This document shows, one piece after another, positions 1 through 9,126 of a stretch of 64,000 nucleotides of DNA. Under the pieces are notes generated by a model that saw only the letters and a program-made list of their open reading frames with translations, made no database searches and had not been told where the DNA came from. The position numbers and the translations under genes were made by a program. This DNA comes from Chloroflexota bacterium. GTDB taxonomy: Bacteria > Chloroflexota > Dormibacteria > CF-121. Each line of letters starts with the position of its first letter. Positions within the stretch are counted from its first letter, which is position 1. The stretch spans positions 2,440 to 66,439 of the forward strand of contig VBDY01000121.1 of assembly GCA_005882775.1 (NCBI GenBank), in the 5' to 3' direction.

Positions 1-477
1 CGCAATGCGGATGAACGCACGACCCTGATCGCGTTTCTCGAGTGGCAGCGGGCCACCCTGGAGCGCAAGTGCGAGGGGCTTGCGGTGGACAAGTTGCGCC
101 AGCGTGCCGCGCCTCCGTCCACACTCTCGCTGCTGGGGCTGGTCCGCCACCTGACCGACGTCGAGCGTGGCTGGTTTCGGCGGACGCTGGCCCAGGAGGA
201 AATGCCAGACCTGTATTCGACCGAAGCCGATCCCGACGGCGACTTCGACAATGTCGACCGAGCCGCGGCCGATGACACGTTTGCAGCCTGGCGCGCCGCT
301 TGCGACCAATCGCGCCAGGCTGTTGGGTCGCGCCAGCTGGATGACACCGGGCGGAATCGTCAAGGCCAGATAGTTTCCCTGCGGTGGATCCTCGTCCACA
401 TGGTCGAGGAGTACTCACGGCACAACGGGCACGCCGATTTGCTCCGGGAGCGAATTGACGGAGCCGTGGGCTACTGA
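1..477 (+). CDS. DinB-family (DUF664-like) protein, 5'-truncated by the window edge
   Basis: Frame 1 is open from base 1. The translation (..LIAFLEWQRATLERKCEGL..LGLVRHLTDVERGWF..WILVHMVEEYSRHNGHADLLRE) fits the DinB/DUF664 four-helix pattern, with the His-rich C-terminal helix. Confidence 0.65.
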   Translation, partial: RNADERTTLIAFLEWQRATLERKCEGLAVDKLRQRAAPPSTLSLLGLVRHLTDVERGWFRRTLAQEEMPDLYSTEADPDGDFDNVDRAAADDTFAAWRAACDQSRQAVGSRQLDDTGRNRQGQIVSLRWILVHMVEEYSRHNGHADLLRERIDGAVGY

Positions 478-615
478 AGAAGAACAACATCTGGTACACT
501 TGTTCGGACCTCGCCACATAAGAGGTCGCCCGCTCTCGGTTCTCCTCCCCGTTTTGAACGGTGTCCTGCAGACCGCGGCCATTACATAAGGTAGAGGGGA
601 CCGAGGAGTACCCTC

Positions 616-1872
616 TTGCTAACGACGTTTGCCGACCTGGGCCTGAGCTCTCAGCTACTGAGTGCGCTCGCCCGCAATTCGATCGACACCCCGGTTGCCG
701 TGCAGGCCGAAGCCATTCCCCCCATGTCGCGAGGTAGCGACGTGGTGATCGAGGCCCCGACCGGCTCTGGCAAGACCCTGGCCTTCATGCTGCCCCTGGT
801 GGAGCGGCTGCTGCTCGCGGGTGCACCTGGCCCGCGCGCACTGGTGGTGACCCCCACGCGGGAGCTGGCGATCCAGGTGGAGCGGGTCTTCCGGTCCCTC
901 TCGACCAGCCTTTCCTGCGCCCTCCTCTATGGCGGGGTGGGTTATGCCACCCAGGAACAGGCGCTGAAGTCCGGCGCCGACCTGGTAATCGGGACGCCCG
1001 GCCGGATCCTGGACATGGTCTCACGTCGCCGGCTGTCCCTCAACCGTGTGCAATTCCTCGTCCTCGACGAGGGCGATGAGATGCTGGATGCCGGTTTCGC
1101 TCCGGACGTCGAGCGCATCATTCAGGGTTGCTATGAGCCCCAGATGGTGCTGGCATCCGCCACTATGCCCGACTGGGTCACCCGGGTGATCGAACGCCAC
1201 CTCGAGCATCCAGTGCGGATTCGCATTGCTCCCGAAGCCGAGCAGGTTCTGGAGCACGGGCTGGTCCGGGTGCCGCGAGTCGACAAGCTGCACACTCTCA
1301 GTCGGTTGCTGCGCAGCCACCCCGGATCGGTGATCGTCTTTGGCAGGACCAAGCATGGTGTCCGCAAGCTCAATCGCGACCTTCGCCGGCTGGGTCACGA
1401 CAGCGCCGACCTCCAGGGCGACCTCTCCCAGAACGCGCGCGACCGGACCATGGACGCCTTTCGCGGGCTGCGTACGAATGTCCTGATCGCGACCAACGTG
1501 GCCGCCAGGGGTTTGGACATCAGCCATGTCGACCTCGTGGTTAATTACGAGCTGCCCGACTCACCCGATTGGCTGACGCATCGGGTCGGACGGACGGCCA
1601 GGATGGGGGCCAAGGGTCGGGCTCTGACCTTCGTCACGCCCGAGGACGACCGGGCCTGGCGGACGCTGCGCCGCCAGGGTGCCCCAGCCCTGCCAGAAGT
1701 CGATGTCGCGCACCTGCTGAACGAGGGCAATTGGCGCTACGTCGCCGCTTCCCTGGTGGAGCCCCGACCGCAGCTGCGCACCGACGGCCGCAGTCCCAGC
1801 GCCTGGCCCCGCCGGCGGCGTCGTCCGCGCGGGCGGGGGCGTCCGTCCGCGTCGTCGCGCGCCGCTGTGTAG
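616..1872 (+). CDS. DEAD-box ATP-dependent RNA helicase with an Arg-rich C-terminal tail
   Basis: Q motif region TPVAVQAEAIP, motif I APTGSGKT, Ia PTRELA, Ib TPGR, motif II as DEGD (variant of DEAD), III SAT, V ARGLDI, VI HRVGRTAR. TTG start with GAGGAG 7 nt upstream. Confidence 0.9.
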   Translation: MLTTFADLGLSSQLLSALARNSIDTPVAVQAEAIPPMSRGSDVVIEAPTGSGKTLAFMLPLVERLLLAGAPGPRALVVTPTRELAIQVERVFRSLSTSLSCALLYGGVGYATQEQALKSGADLVIGTPGRILDMVSRRRLSLNRVQFLVLDEGDEMLDAGFAPDVERIIQGCYEPQMVLASATMPDWVTRVIERHLEHPVRIRIAPEAEQVLEHGLVRVPRVDKLHTLSRLLRSHPGSVIVFGRTKHGVRKLNRDLRRLGHDSADLQGDLSQNARDRTMDAFRGLRTNVLIATNVAARGLDISHVDLVVNYELPDSPDWLTHRVGRTARMGAKGRALTFVTPEDDRAWRTLRRQGAPALPEVDVAHLLNEGNWRYVAASLVEPRPQLRTDGRSPSAWPRRRRRPRGRGRPSASSRAAV

Positions 1873-1963
1873 TCGGGCCCAATTCGAGCTGCTGCTCCCG
1901 CGGCTCCTCCTCTGTAATCTGTGCTGAGGGGCATGGATCGACACGTGATGAACGGGGTGTCCG

Positions 1964-3838
1964 ATGGCTAAGAGCGTGGTGCCGGCCGGCGTGAAGCAGG
2001 ACCTCGATTTTTGCCGCGAGCTCGGCCAGCAGTTACGTGTGGACAGCATCAGGTCCAGCACCGCGGCCGGTTCAGGCCACCCGACCTCGTCGATGTCGGC
2101 GGCAGACCTGATGGCGGTGCTGCTCGCCCGCCATCTCCGGTACGACTGGAATACTCCTGGCGAGCCCAATAACGACCACCTGATCTTCTCCAAAGGCCAT
2201 GCGTCGCCACTCCTGTATTCGATGTTCAAAGCCGCCGGCGCGATCTCTGACGATGAGCTCCTCACCTTTCGTAAGTTCGGCTCGCGCCTGGAAGGTCACC
2301 CGGTGCCGGTGATTCTGCCCTGGGTTGACGTCGCTACCGGCTCGCTCGGGCAGGGCCTCCCGATTGCCGTCGGTATCGCCCTGGCCGGCCGAAAGCTTGA
2401 CCAGCTTCCCTATCACGTGTGGGCCCTCTGCGGCGACAGTGAGCTGGCCGAGGGTTCCATCTGGGAAGCGCTGGATAAAGCCGGCTACTACGGCCTTTCA
2501 AATCTGACCGCCATCTTCGACGTGAACCGGCTCGGCCAGCGGGGCCCGACAGAGTTCGAGTGGAACACGGACCTCTATCGCGCTCGCGTCGAGGCCTTTG
2601 GCTGCAACCCGATTGTTATCGACGGCCACGATTCGACCGAGATCGATCGCGCCTTGGCCGGTGCACGCGACGCGACTGCCAAGCCGACCGTGGTGATCGC
2701 GCGGACCGTGAAGGGAAAGGGTTTCAGCGAGATCGAAAACAAAGACGGATGGCATGGCAAGGCTTTGCCCGCCGATATGGCGGAGCGCGCCATCAAAGAG
2801 CTGGGCGGGCTCCGCAACCTGAGGGTCGAGGTCGGCAGGCCCGAGCACGGAGAGCCCGCCATCAAGGACTCCCCTGCGCAAGTGACGCTGCCAGCCTACA
2901 AGAAGGGGGAAAAGGTCGCCACCCGCAAGGCGTATGGCGATACGCTCAAGGCACTAGGCGCGCGTCCCACCGTGGTGGCGATGGACGGCGAGGTGAGCAA
3001 CTCCACCCACGCGGACGAGTTCAAGCAGGCCTACCCCGACCGATTCTTCGAGATGTTCATAGCGGAACAGCAGCTGGTCTCGACCGCAGTGGGCATGAGC
3101 GTCCGCCACTACATCCCGTTCGCCTCCACCTTTGCCGCCTTCTTCACGCGCGCCTACGACTTCATCCGGATGGCGGCCATCTCCCGGGCCAACATTCGCC
3201 TCTCCGGGTCTCACGCCGGGGTCGAAATCGGGGAGGATGGACCGTCACAGATGGCGCTCGAGGACCTGGCCGCCATGCGGGCGGTTCATGGCTCAACCGT
3301 GCTCTACCCTTCGGATGCCACCTCCACGGCTCAGCTCGTTAGCCAGATGGCTGACCAGCAGGGAATCGTCTACATCCGCACCACCAGGGGCGCCTATCCG
3401 GTGCTCTATGAGCCTACCGAGCGGTTTGCGATAGGAGGCTCGAAGCTCGTGCGCAGTGATCCCAACGACCGTGTCGCGCTGATTGGAGCTGGCGTGACCC
3501 TCCACAACTGCCTGGCCGCGGCCGACGAGCTGGACAGGGAGGGGATCAAGGCCCGCGTCATTGACCTGTACTCGCTCAAGCCGGTTGACAAACATACCTT
3601 GCGGGAGGCAGTCGCCCAAACGCGCGGAAAGCTGGTCATCGTAGAGGATCACTATCCGGAGGGCGGGATAGCCGCAGCGGTCATGGAGGCACTCTCGACT
3701 GAGATGCAGCCCCCCCGGGTCATCCACCTGGCAGTCCGGAGCCTACCCGGGTCAGGCAAACCCCAGGAGCTGATGGACAAGGCGGAAATCTCCGCCCGGC
3801 ACATCGTGGCGGCGGCACGGCGCCTCTACAACCAATGA
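1964..3838 (+). CDS. tkt: transketolase (single-chain, about 620 aa form)
   Basis: N-terminal GSGHPTSSMSAADLMAVL TPP-binding signature, GDSELAEGSIWEA, and a central pyrimidine-binding domain (FEMFIAEQQLVS). Full-length ORF. Confidence 0.9.
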   Translation: MAKSVVPAGVKQDLDFCRELGQQLRVDSIRSSTAAGSGHPTSSMSAADLMAVLLARHLRYDWNTPGEPNNDHLIFSKGHASPLLYSMFKAAGAISDDELLTFRKFGSRLEGHPVPVILPWVDVATGSLGQGLPIAVGIALAGRKLDQLPYHVWALCGDSELAEGSIWEALDKAGYYGLSNLTAIFDVNRLGQRGPTEFEWNTDLYRARVEAFGCNPIVIDGHDSTEIDRALAGARDATAKPTVVIARTVKGKGFSEIENKDGWHGKALPADMAERAIKELGGLRNLRVEVGRPEHGEPAIKDSPAQVTLPAYKKGEKVATRKAYGDTLKALGARPTVVAMDGEVSNSTHADEFKQAYPDRFFEMFIAEQQLVSTAVGMSVRHYIPFASTFAAFFTRAYDFIRMAAISRANIRLSGSHAGVEIGEDGPSQMALEDLAAMRAVHGSTVLYPSDATSTAQLVSQMADQQGIVYIRTTRGAYPVLYEPTERFAIGGSKLVRSDPNDRVALIGAGVTLHNCLAAADELDREGIKARVIDLYSLKPVDKHTLREAVAQTRGKLVIVEDHYPEGGIAAAVMEALSTEMQPPRVIHLAVRSLPGSGKPQELMDKAEISARHIVAAARRLYNQ

Positions 3839-3851
3839 GGAGGTAAGCACC

Positions 3852-4082
3852 ATGGCAGTCCTGAAGATGCTGGAACTGGTTGGGACCTCAAGGAACAGCT
3901 GGAGCGACGCGGCCCGCGAAGCGGTCAAGGAGGCGGCCAAGACGCTGCGCGGGATCGAGAGCGTGGAGGTCGTGTCGTCGAAGGCGGTAGTCCAGAACAA
4001 CAGCTTGACCGAGTACCAGGTCCTGGTCCGGATCGCGTTCCGGGTCGAACGCTCGGCTGGGCGCAGCACGTCCAGGAAGTAA
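3852..4082 (+). CDS. dodecin-family flavin-binding protein
   Basis: 76 aa. The pattern LELVGTS..W.DAA..AV..A.KTLR....VEV.......YQV...I.F.VE matches the dodecin fold signature as I recall it from mycobacterial and haloarchaeal dodecins. Confidence 0.75.
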   Translation: MAVLKMLELVGTSRNSWSDAAREAVKEAAKTLRGIESVEVVSSKAVVQNNSLTEYQVLVRIAFRVERSAGRSTSRK

Positions 4083-4092
4083 CCCCGACAGC

Positions 4093-4905
4093 GTGCTGAA
4101 GGGATTATTCGGTGACGGATCGCCGGGCCGTGTATTCGTGCGCCCGGGCACGGACGTCTCCGCCGCCGTGCTGCAGGCTCACGCCCGCGGTCACCAGCAG
4201 GTGCCGGGTTCGCGACTGGCTGGCAAGACCGCGAACTTCGTCATCTTCTCGGATTCAACCGCGGCTGGGGACGCAGCCGCCCAGGCGATGCTCAAGTCGG
4301 CGGAAGATGACTATTCGGCCGTCCAGCAATGGTTTGGCGGCCTGACTCCGCCGCACCTTCCTTTCTATGTATACGCGGACCCTGACGCGGGCGGCGCCTA
4401 TCACATAACCTGCGCCGGCACCGATGTCCACGTCCTGCCGGACCCGGTGATGGCCCCCGGGTTCCTGGTGGCCGAGGTAGTCGAGGTCTTTCAGGATGCG
4501 CTCGGCAACGGATGGGATTGCGGCCATACCAACGGGGAATCGCTCTCCCGGGTACTGGCCTTCGATCGCCATCCTGAGATCGCGTCTGATTTCACCCAGA
4601 CCGAGCAGGACTGGTGGTCGCAGGGACACCAGGACTACGTCAACGACAACAGCGCCGACGACCGCAATCAGGTGGCGAGTGGTTGCGGCGACCTCTTCCT
4701 CTACTACTTACATGGGCAGCTCACGTTCAGCTGGCACGACATCGTGGCGGCCGGCGGCGAGACGCTGGGCAAGGCCTATCAGGGGCTTACCGGATACGAT
4801 CCCGCCCAGGGATTCACCGATTTCACGACTCTCCTGGCCGGCATCGACCGGGGCGGCAGCCTGGCGCTGCCGGCCTCCGGGGACCCGTTTCCTATCAAGC
4901 CCTGA
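4093..4905 (+). CDS. hypothetical protein (270 aa), no recognised domain
   Basis: Long ORF with GC3-rich codon usage and GTG start. No signal peptide, TM segment or motif that I recognise. Confidence 0.5.
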   Translation: MLKGLFGDGSPGRVFVRPGTDVSAAVLQAHARGHQQVPGSRLAGKTANFVIFSDSTAAGDAAAQAMLKSAEDDYSAVQQWFGGLTPPHLPFYVYADPDAGGAYHITCAGTDVHVLPDPVMAPGFLVAEVVEVFQDALGNGWDCGHTNGESLSRVLAFDRHPEIASDFTQTEQDWWSQGHQDYVNDNSADDRNQVASGCGDLFLYYLHGQLTFSWHDIVAAGGETLGKAYQGLTGYDPAQGFTDFTTLLAGIDRGGSLALPASGDPFPIKP

Positions 4906-4949
4906 GGGAACGACAGCCGGGGACAAGCGGACACTGGGTCAAATCGGCC

Positions 4950-5669
4950 CTAGAAGGGGAGCTCATCCTCGGCCATGCCGAAGTGGTGGCCGACCTCGTG
5001 CCGCATGGTTTCAGTCACCTGCTCGGCCAGCTCGGCCGCGTCCGCGCAAATGTTTTCGTGGTTTCGCTGGTAGAGGACGATCCGCTCAGGCCAGCCACGC
5101 TCCAGCACCGTGCCGCCCTCATAAAGCCCGAGCAGGTCGGGGTCCTCGCCGGCCCGAACGGACTCGAGCTCGGGCAGGTCGGCCACCACTACCAGAGTGT
5201 TCGAGAGCAGCGCCTGGAACTGCTCTGGGATCGCCGCCAACGCCTCCTCTGAGAGAAGGCTGAACTGTTCACGCTTGACCCGGTAAGGGACCACATAACG
5301 GTCGGGGTCAAGCGCGGCAGCTCGGGCGAAGGCGGCAGCGGCATCCGTCCGGCTCAGCCAGACGCGAAGCCGGCCGAGGAGGTGCCAGGTGCCGGCGTCA
5401 CCGGCTTGCTGGGCGAGCGCTCGCTCAGCGGACTCTGCCGCTGCTGCCATGTCGCCAGCGCGAAACTGGAGGTAGGCCGCCAGCTGTAACCAGGCGGTAT
5501 CGACGGGGTTCGGTAACAACCGCAGCTCCTGGACGGCCTCCGCAAACCTTCCCGCAAACCGCTCGAGGACGGCCTCGCGATCGCCCCGGCGGATGGCGTC
5601 GAGCGCCTCCCTTATCTGTCCCCGCAGGCCGCCGCCCCCACGCTTGAACCAGCTTTGAAACGGCATCAC
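4950..5669 (-). CDS. TPR-like N-terminal domain fused to a zincin-like metallopeptidase domain (DUF1025/Zincin_1 type)
   Basis: C-terminal HEVGHHFGMAEDEL (HExxH) typical of the small 'metallopeptidase family protein'. N-terminal half is helical-repeat/TPR-like. Confidence 0.7.
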   Translation of the reverse strand: MMPFQSWFKRGGGGLRGQIREALDAIRRGDREAVLERFAGRFAEAVQELRLLPNPVDTAWLQLAAYLQFRAGDMAAAAESAERALAQQAGDAGTWHLLGRLRVWLSRTDAAAAFARAAALDPDRYVVPYRVKREQFSLLSEEALAAIPEQFQALLSNTLVVVADLPELESVRAGEDPDLLGLYEGGTVLERGWPERIVLYQRNHENICADAAELAEQVTETMRHEVGHHFGMAEDELPF

Positions 5670-5722
5670 AAACGCGGCCGGACGGCCTGCAAGCCTCCTC
5701 CGTAGCTCCCGTTACACCGGCA

Positions 5723-6526
5723 ATGGGCCAGCAGACGACGATGAACGCTCATGACTTTGAGAACCATGTTCTCAAGCGGCTCGGCGCCCTGCGGCCCGGG
5801 TGGACGGTAAAGAAAGGCCCGGAGCCCTTCCAGCTGACCATTCGTCGCGTGCGCCAGGGGGACCTGCGATTCAACCTCGACACCTTCTATCAGCAATACC
5901 GCGAGCAGCCGGGGTTATTGGATCGGTTGTTTGCCGCGCGGCTGCGCCGGCTCGACCAGGAGTGCGACAGCGAGGCCCTGTTCGGCGCTCCCCTGATTCT
6001 CCCGGTGCTGCGCCCCGCCAGCTTCCTGGAAAGCGCGGGCGGGCCGGTGGTCTACCGTCGTATCCTCGCCGACCTGGTAGTCACCTATGCTGCCCACTAT
6101 TCGCAGGGGATGCGGTATCTGCTGCCCCAGGACCTCGCCGCCTGGAACGTCGGCCGCGACCACCTCGAGGTGCTGGCGCTGACGAACCTGGCCCTGATGT
6201 TCCGAGCCGGCATGAAATTCACCGGTCTGGAAGCTGACAAGAACGGCAAGGCCCAGATGCTGATGCTCAGCTACGTCGATACCCGTCCCTACGGCGCGGC
6301 CCTCCTGCTTCTTCCTGAGGTCTGGGCATGGCTGGAGGAGATGCTCGAGGACGTGCCGGTGGTCGGGGTTCCGGAGCGCGGCTCGCTGATCGCGGCTGGC
6401 GAGCGGGCACAGCTGCTTGGCAGGCTGCGACACGACATCCAGGAGCGTCACAAGGAAGCGGCGTTCCCGGTCTCCCAGCACCTCTTCTGCGTCGCCGACG
6501 GCAAGATCCGCCTCTACAGCCGGTAG
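5723..6526 (+). CDS. DUF1444 (YtpQ-like) family protein
   Basis: Size and blocks ILPVLRPASF and VGVPERGSLIAAG parallel Bacillus YtpQ (ILPVIRSTSF, VAVPHQDVLIIAD), as recalled. The start could instead be the ATG at 5741. Confidence 0.6.
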   Translation: MGQQTTMNAHDFENHVLKRLGALRPGWTVKKGPEPFQLTIRRVRQGDLRFNLDTFYQQYREQPGLLDRLFAARLRRLDQECDSEALFGAPLILPVLRPASFLESAGGPVVYRRILADLVVTYAAHYSQGMRYLLPQDLAAWNVGRDHLEVLALTNLALMFRAGMKFTGLEADKNGKAQMLMLSYVDTRPYGAALLLLPEVWAWLEEMLEDVPVVGVPERGSLIAAGERAQLLGRLRHDIQERHKEAAFPVSQHLFCVADGKIRLYSR

Positions 6527-7167
6527 GACGGCTCGGGGTGCTGCCGCGGTCGGAGCAGCAGCGCGAGGATGAGACCGCTCAAAAAACCGCCGATGTGGGC
6601 GAAGAAGGCGACCCCACCTTGCTGTACCCCGATCGACAGGTAGGCCTGGACTGCCTGGATCGCGATCCAGTAGCCGACGAAAAAGAGTGAGGACAGAGTG
6701 ATGAAGAAGAACGGCACTATGAAGGTGAGCACCCGGGCGCGGGGGAAATAGACGATGTAGGCGGCCAGCACGCCAGAGATGGCGCCGCTCGCCCCCAGGT
6801 TGGGAATCTGAGATGTCGGGTCGACATAGACCTGTACCAGGCTTCCAGCGATTCCCGACGCGAAGTAAAGGATCAGGAAACGGATCTCGCCCAGGCGATC
6901 CTCGACGTTGTTTCCGAAGATCCAGAGGAAGAGCATGTTGCCGCCGACGTGCAGAAGGTTCGCGTGCAGGAACATGGCGGTCAGCAAGGTGTCGAGGTGG
7001 CGCCCGGCAGCGATGTCGGCGGGAATCAGAGCGTAGCGCTGGATCGCCTCGACGTTCATCACCGGATTCTGTGCGAGGTAGAGGTAGACCGCGAAGTTGA
7101 TGATGATCAGGCCGTAGGTCAGCAGCGCCGGCCGCCGAGTCGGGTTGTAATCGCGAAGCGGTATCAG
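6514..7167 (-). CDS. rhomboid-family intramembrane serine protease, probable non-canonical CTG start
   Basis: Catalytic GASGAISG and HIGGF motifs. The first canonical start (GTG 7062) cuts off the in-frame IPLRDYNPTRRP plus first TM. CTG at 7165-7167 overlaps the upstream gene's TGA. Confidence 0.75.
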   Translation of the reverse strand: MIPLRDYNPTRRPALLTYGLIIINFAVYLYLAQNPVMNVEAIQRYALIPADIAAGRHLDTLLTAMFLHANLLHVGGNMLFLWIFGNNVEDRLGEIRFLILYFASGIAGSLVQVYVDPTSQIPNLGASGAISGVLAAYIVYFPRARVLTFIVPFFFITLSSLFFVGYWIAIQAVQAYLSIGVQQGGVAFFAHIGGFLSGLILALLLRPRQHPEPSYRL

Positions 7168-8072
7168 GAGGCCACCGCCTCGGAGTGATGCTGGGCCTGC
7201 TCCAGCAGGCGACGCAGCTGGCCGAGCTCACTCTCGCTGAGTGTCGCGACAGGTGAACGGGGAGGTCCATGATCGAACCCGAGCATCGCAAGCACGGCCT
7301 TCACGCCGCGCACGCCGTAATGGGCGGTGAACGCGTCTCCGAGCGGTGCGATCCGGCTCTGCAGGGCGTCCGCCCGCGACCTGTCCCCGGCGCGAGTCAG
7401 GCGCAGGATGGTAGCGCACTCGGCCGGAAAGACATTGGCGAGCGCTGCGATGGCGCCGTCGGCGCCTGCCTCGAGTGCGGCCACCATCCGCTCGCCGGCC
7501 CCGGCCAGCACCATGAAATCGGGCGGCACCACAGACCGCAGATACGGGATGCGAACCAGGTCTCCAGATGAGTCCTTCAGCCCCGCAATGTTCGGATGGC
7601 CGCCCAGCCGCGCCGCCCAGTCCCGGGGGTGGAAATCCCAACCGGTGTGAGCGGGAACGTTGTAGATGAGTACCGGGATGGGACTGGCGGAGGCTACCGC
7701 CTCGTAGTGGGCGGCAACCATGTCCGGGGTCAGGTTCTTTCGAAAGTAGAAGGGAGTAAAGACCAGGGCGGCCTCGGCGCCGCTGTCTGCCGCCGCCCGG
7801 GTTCGCTCCAGGGTCGCCCGAGTGGACTCAGCCCCAGTACCGGCGATCAGCCGAAGTGACCCAGGCAGGGCTGCCCGGACACTCGACAGCCACTCAGCCC
7901 GTTCGGCCTCGGTCAACGAGGGTGCCTCGCCGGTTGACCCCAGGGCAACCACGCCGTCCACTTGGGCCGCGGCGAGCCAGGCCAGGAAGTCAGGCGCGGC
8001 GGGCGCCAGGGATCCGTCGGGTTTGAAAGCCGTGGCAATCGGCGGAAAGAGGCCCCTGAGCGGTATCGCCAT
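7164..8072 (-). CDS. dihydrodipicolinate synthase/N-acetylneuraminate lyase family aldolase (DapA-like)
   Basis: GSTGEAPSLT and the Schiff-base lysine block GLKDSSGD. 302 aa, typical size. True DapA versus a paralogous aldolase cannot be decided here. Confidence 0.8.
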   Translation of the reverse strand: MAIPLRGLFPPIATAFKPDGSLAPAAPDFLAWLAAAQVDGVVALGSTGEAPSLTEAERAEWLSSVRAALPGSLRLIAGTGAESTRATLERTRAAADSGAEAALVFTPFYFRKNLTPDMVAAHYEAVASASPIPVLIYNVPAHTGWDFHPRDWAARLGGHPNIAGLKDSSGDLVRIPYLRSVVPPDFMVLAGAGERMVAALEAGADGAIAALANVFPAECATILRLTRAGDRSRADALQSRIAPLGDAFTAHYGVRGVKAVLAMLGFDHGPPRSPVATLSESELGQLRRLLEQAQHHSEAVAS

Positions 8073-8124
8073 CTCGAAATTGTATGGGCTGCTCCAAGCC
8101 GCACGTAGACTTCACCCGGACCTC

Positions 8125-9039
8125 ATGCTTCCCAGGAGAGAACGCCCGCCGTGGATCGGTGTGGGGCCCACGCCGCTGCGGAGTTTCGCCGGCCTCTGCC
8201 TGGTGATCGCCGGCCTTTGCGCCGGCGGGTTCCTGCTGACGAAGACCAACCCCAATGCTGGCCTCTTCCTGGTGGCGGCAGCTGTTTCTGCCGGTCTCGC
8301 CACGGTCGCTTTGGCGGTCAGCGGTCTGCGGCACCTCGGCGGTGCAGCGGCAACCCGGACCGGCCGATCCGAACGCGACCTGGTGGTGATCTGCATCCTC
8401 GTGGTCGCCCTGGCCACCCCCTGGTCGGTGGAGGTTGCCATGGCGAGGGCACCTCAGATCTTTGGCTGGCAGAATCCGCTGGCCTGGCTGGTGGCGGCGG
8501 CCATCCTGGCCTCCTTCACGGCGCGCTTCCAACGGCGCCGCGGGTACGCCCTGGCCCTGGCCGGCGCCGGGCTCGCGGCCTGGGTGGCATGGCTCAGCAC
8601 CCGGCTGTTGACCCCTGGGTTTTCCGGCCTCAGCTTCAGCTTCCTTCCGAGTGACCTGGTCGGGGAGGGCTGGTATATCGCAGTTCTCGCCTGGGTGATT
8701 GCCCTCGACGGGATGGTCGCCCGGTGTGCGGATGAGGAGGCACCCGTGAAGATGACCGACCTGATAGGGCTGGCCCTGGTCCCCGGGGCCGCGCTGATCC
8801 GGATCGGTCACAAGGTCCGTGGTCGGCTCTGGCTCACGATCGCCGCGTTCGTGGTCTTCCTGATCTATGCGGGGGCGGTCAACCCGTTCGAATTCCAGGA
8901 CTACGCCTCCAGGGGCGGGTTGCCACCCTCTCGCCCGCGAGGTGCGGGGGTGGCCGTGTACCTGATGCTGGTCGTCGTCTGGCTCCTGAGCGTCGCGGAC
9001 ACCTGGCGCAGCAGACGCCTCGAGCAGCCGCTGACGTAG
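8125..9039 (+). CDS. hypothetical polytopic membrane protein
   Basis: The ORF track extends to 7822, but that part is antisense to the DapA-like gene. ATG 8125 gives a 304-aa protein with about 8 hydrophobic segments. Confidence 0.5.
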   Translation: MLPRRERPPWIGVGPTPLRSFAGLCLVIAGLCAGGFLLTKTNPNAGLFLVAAAVSAGLATVALAVSGLRHLGGAAATRTGRSERDLVVICILVVALATPWSVEVAMARAPQIFGWQNPLAWLVAAAILASFTARFQRRRGYALALAGAGLAAWVAWLSTRLLTPGFSGLSFSFLPSDLVGEGWYIAVLAWVIALDGMVARCADEEAPVKMTDLIGLALVPGAALIRIGHKVRGRLWLTIAAFVVFLIYAGAVNPFEFQDYASRGGLPPSRPRGAGVAVYLMLVVVWLLSVADTWRSRRLEQPLT

Positions 9040-9126
9040 TCGTTACCGCCTCGCGACGGCCTCGTTGACCAAGCCCCTGTCAGCGATGCGGGCCTGTTAA
9101 CAGACGGCTGCTAGCCTTCTCGCACC

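Noticed and set aside
515-592. Direct repeat ACATAAG(A)GGT at 516-526 and 584-592 in the DEAD-box helicase 5' region
   Set aside because: The repeat is short (7-8 nt identical) and sits in an AT-richer leader. It is a plausible cold-shock-type UTR element, but that cannot be supported from one sequence.
5915-7291. 458-aa minus-strand ORF (and similar long antisense ORFs at 9958-11169, 19766-20944, 30672-31775, 34274-35263, 37659-38606, 48599-49705, 54391-55065, 62759-63943)
   Set aside because: Each overlaps a gene with strong family motifs on the other strand or in another frame, and each has Arg/Pro/Gly-dominated translations. They are not credible as genes.
7822-8124. N-terminal extensions offered by the ORF track (7822-8124, 22526-23074, 22338-22511, 18508-18666, 45411-45611, 49715-49771, 51833-51922, 52879-52959, 53630-53692, 55773-55997, 57989-58168, 58146-58217, 60360-60395, 62011-62097)
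   Set aside because: The extensions overlap neighbouring genes and lack family-like sequence. Internal starts give canonical N-termini (P-loops, lipoboxes, signal peptides), good RBSs, or ATGA/GTGA/TTGA coupling.
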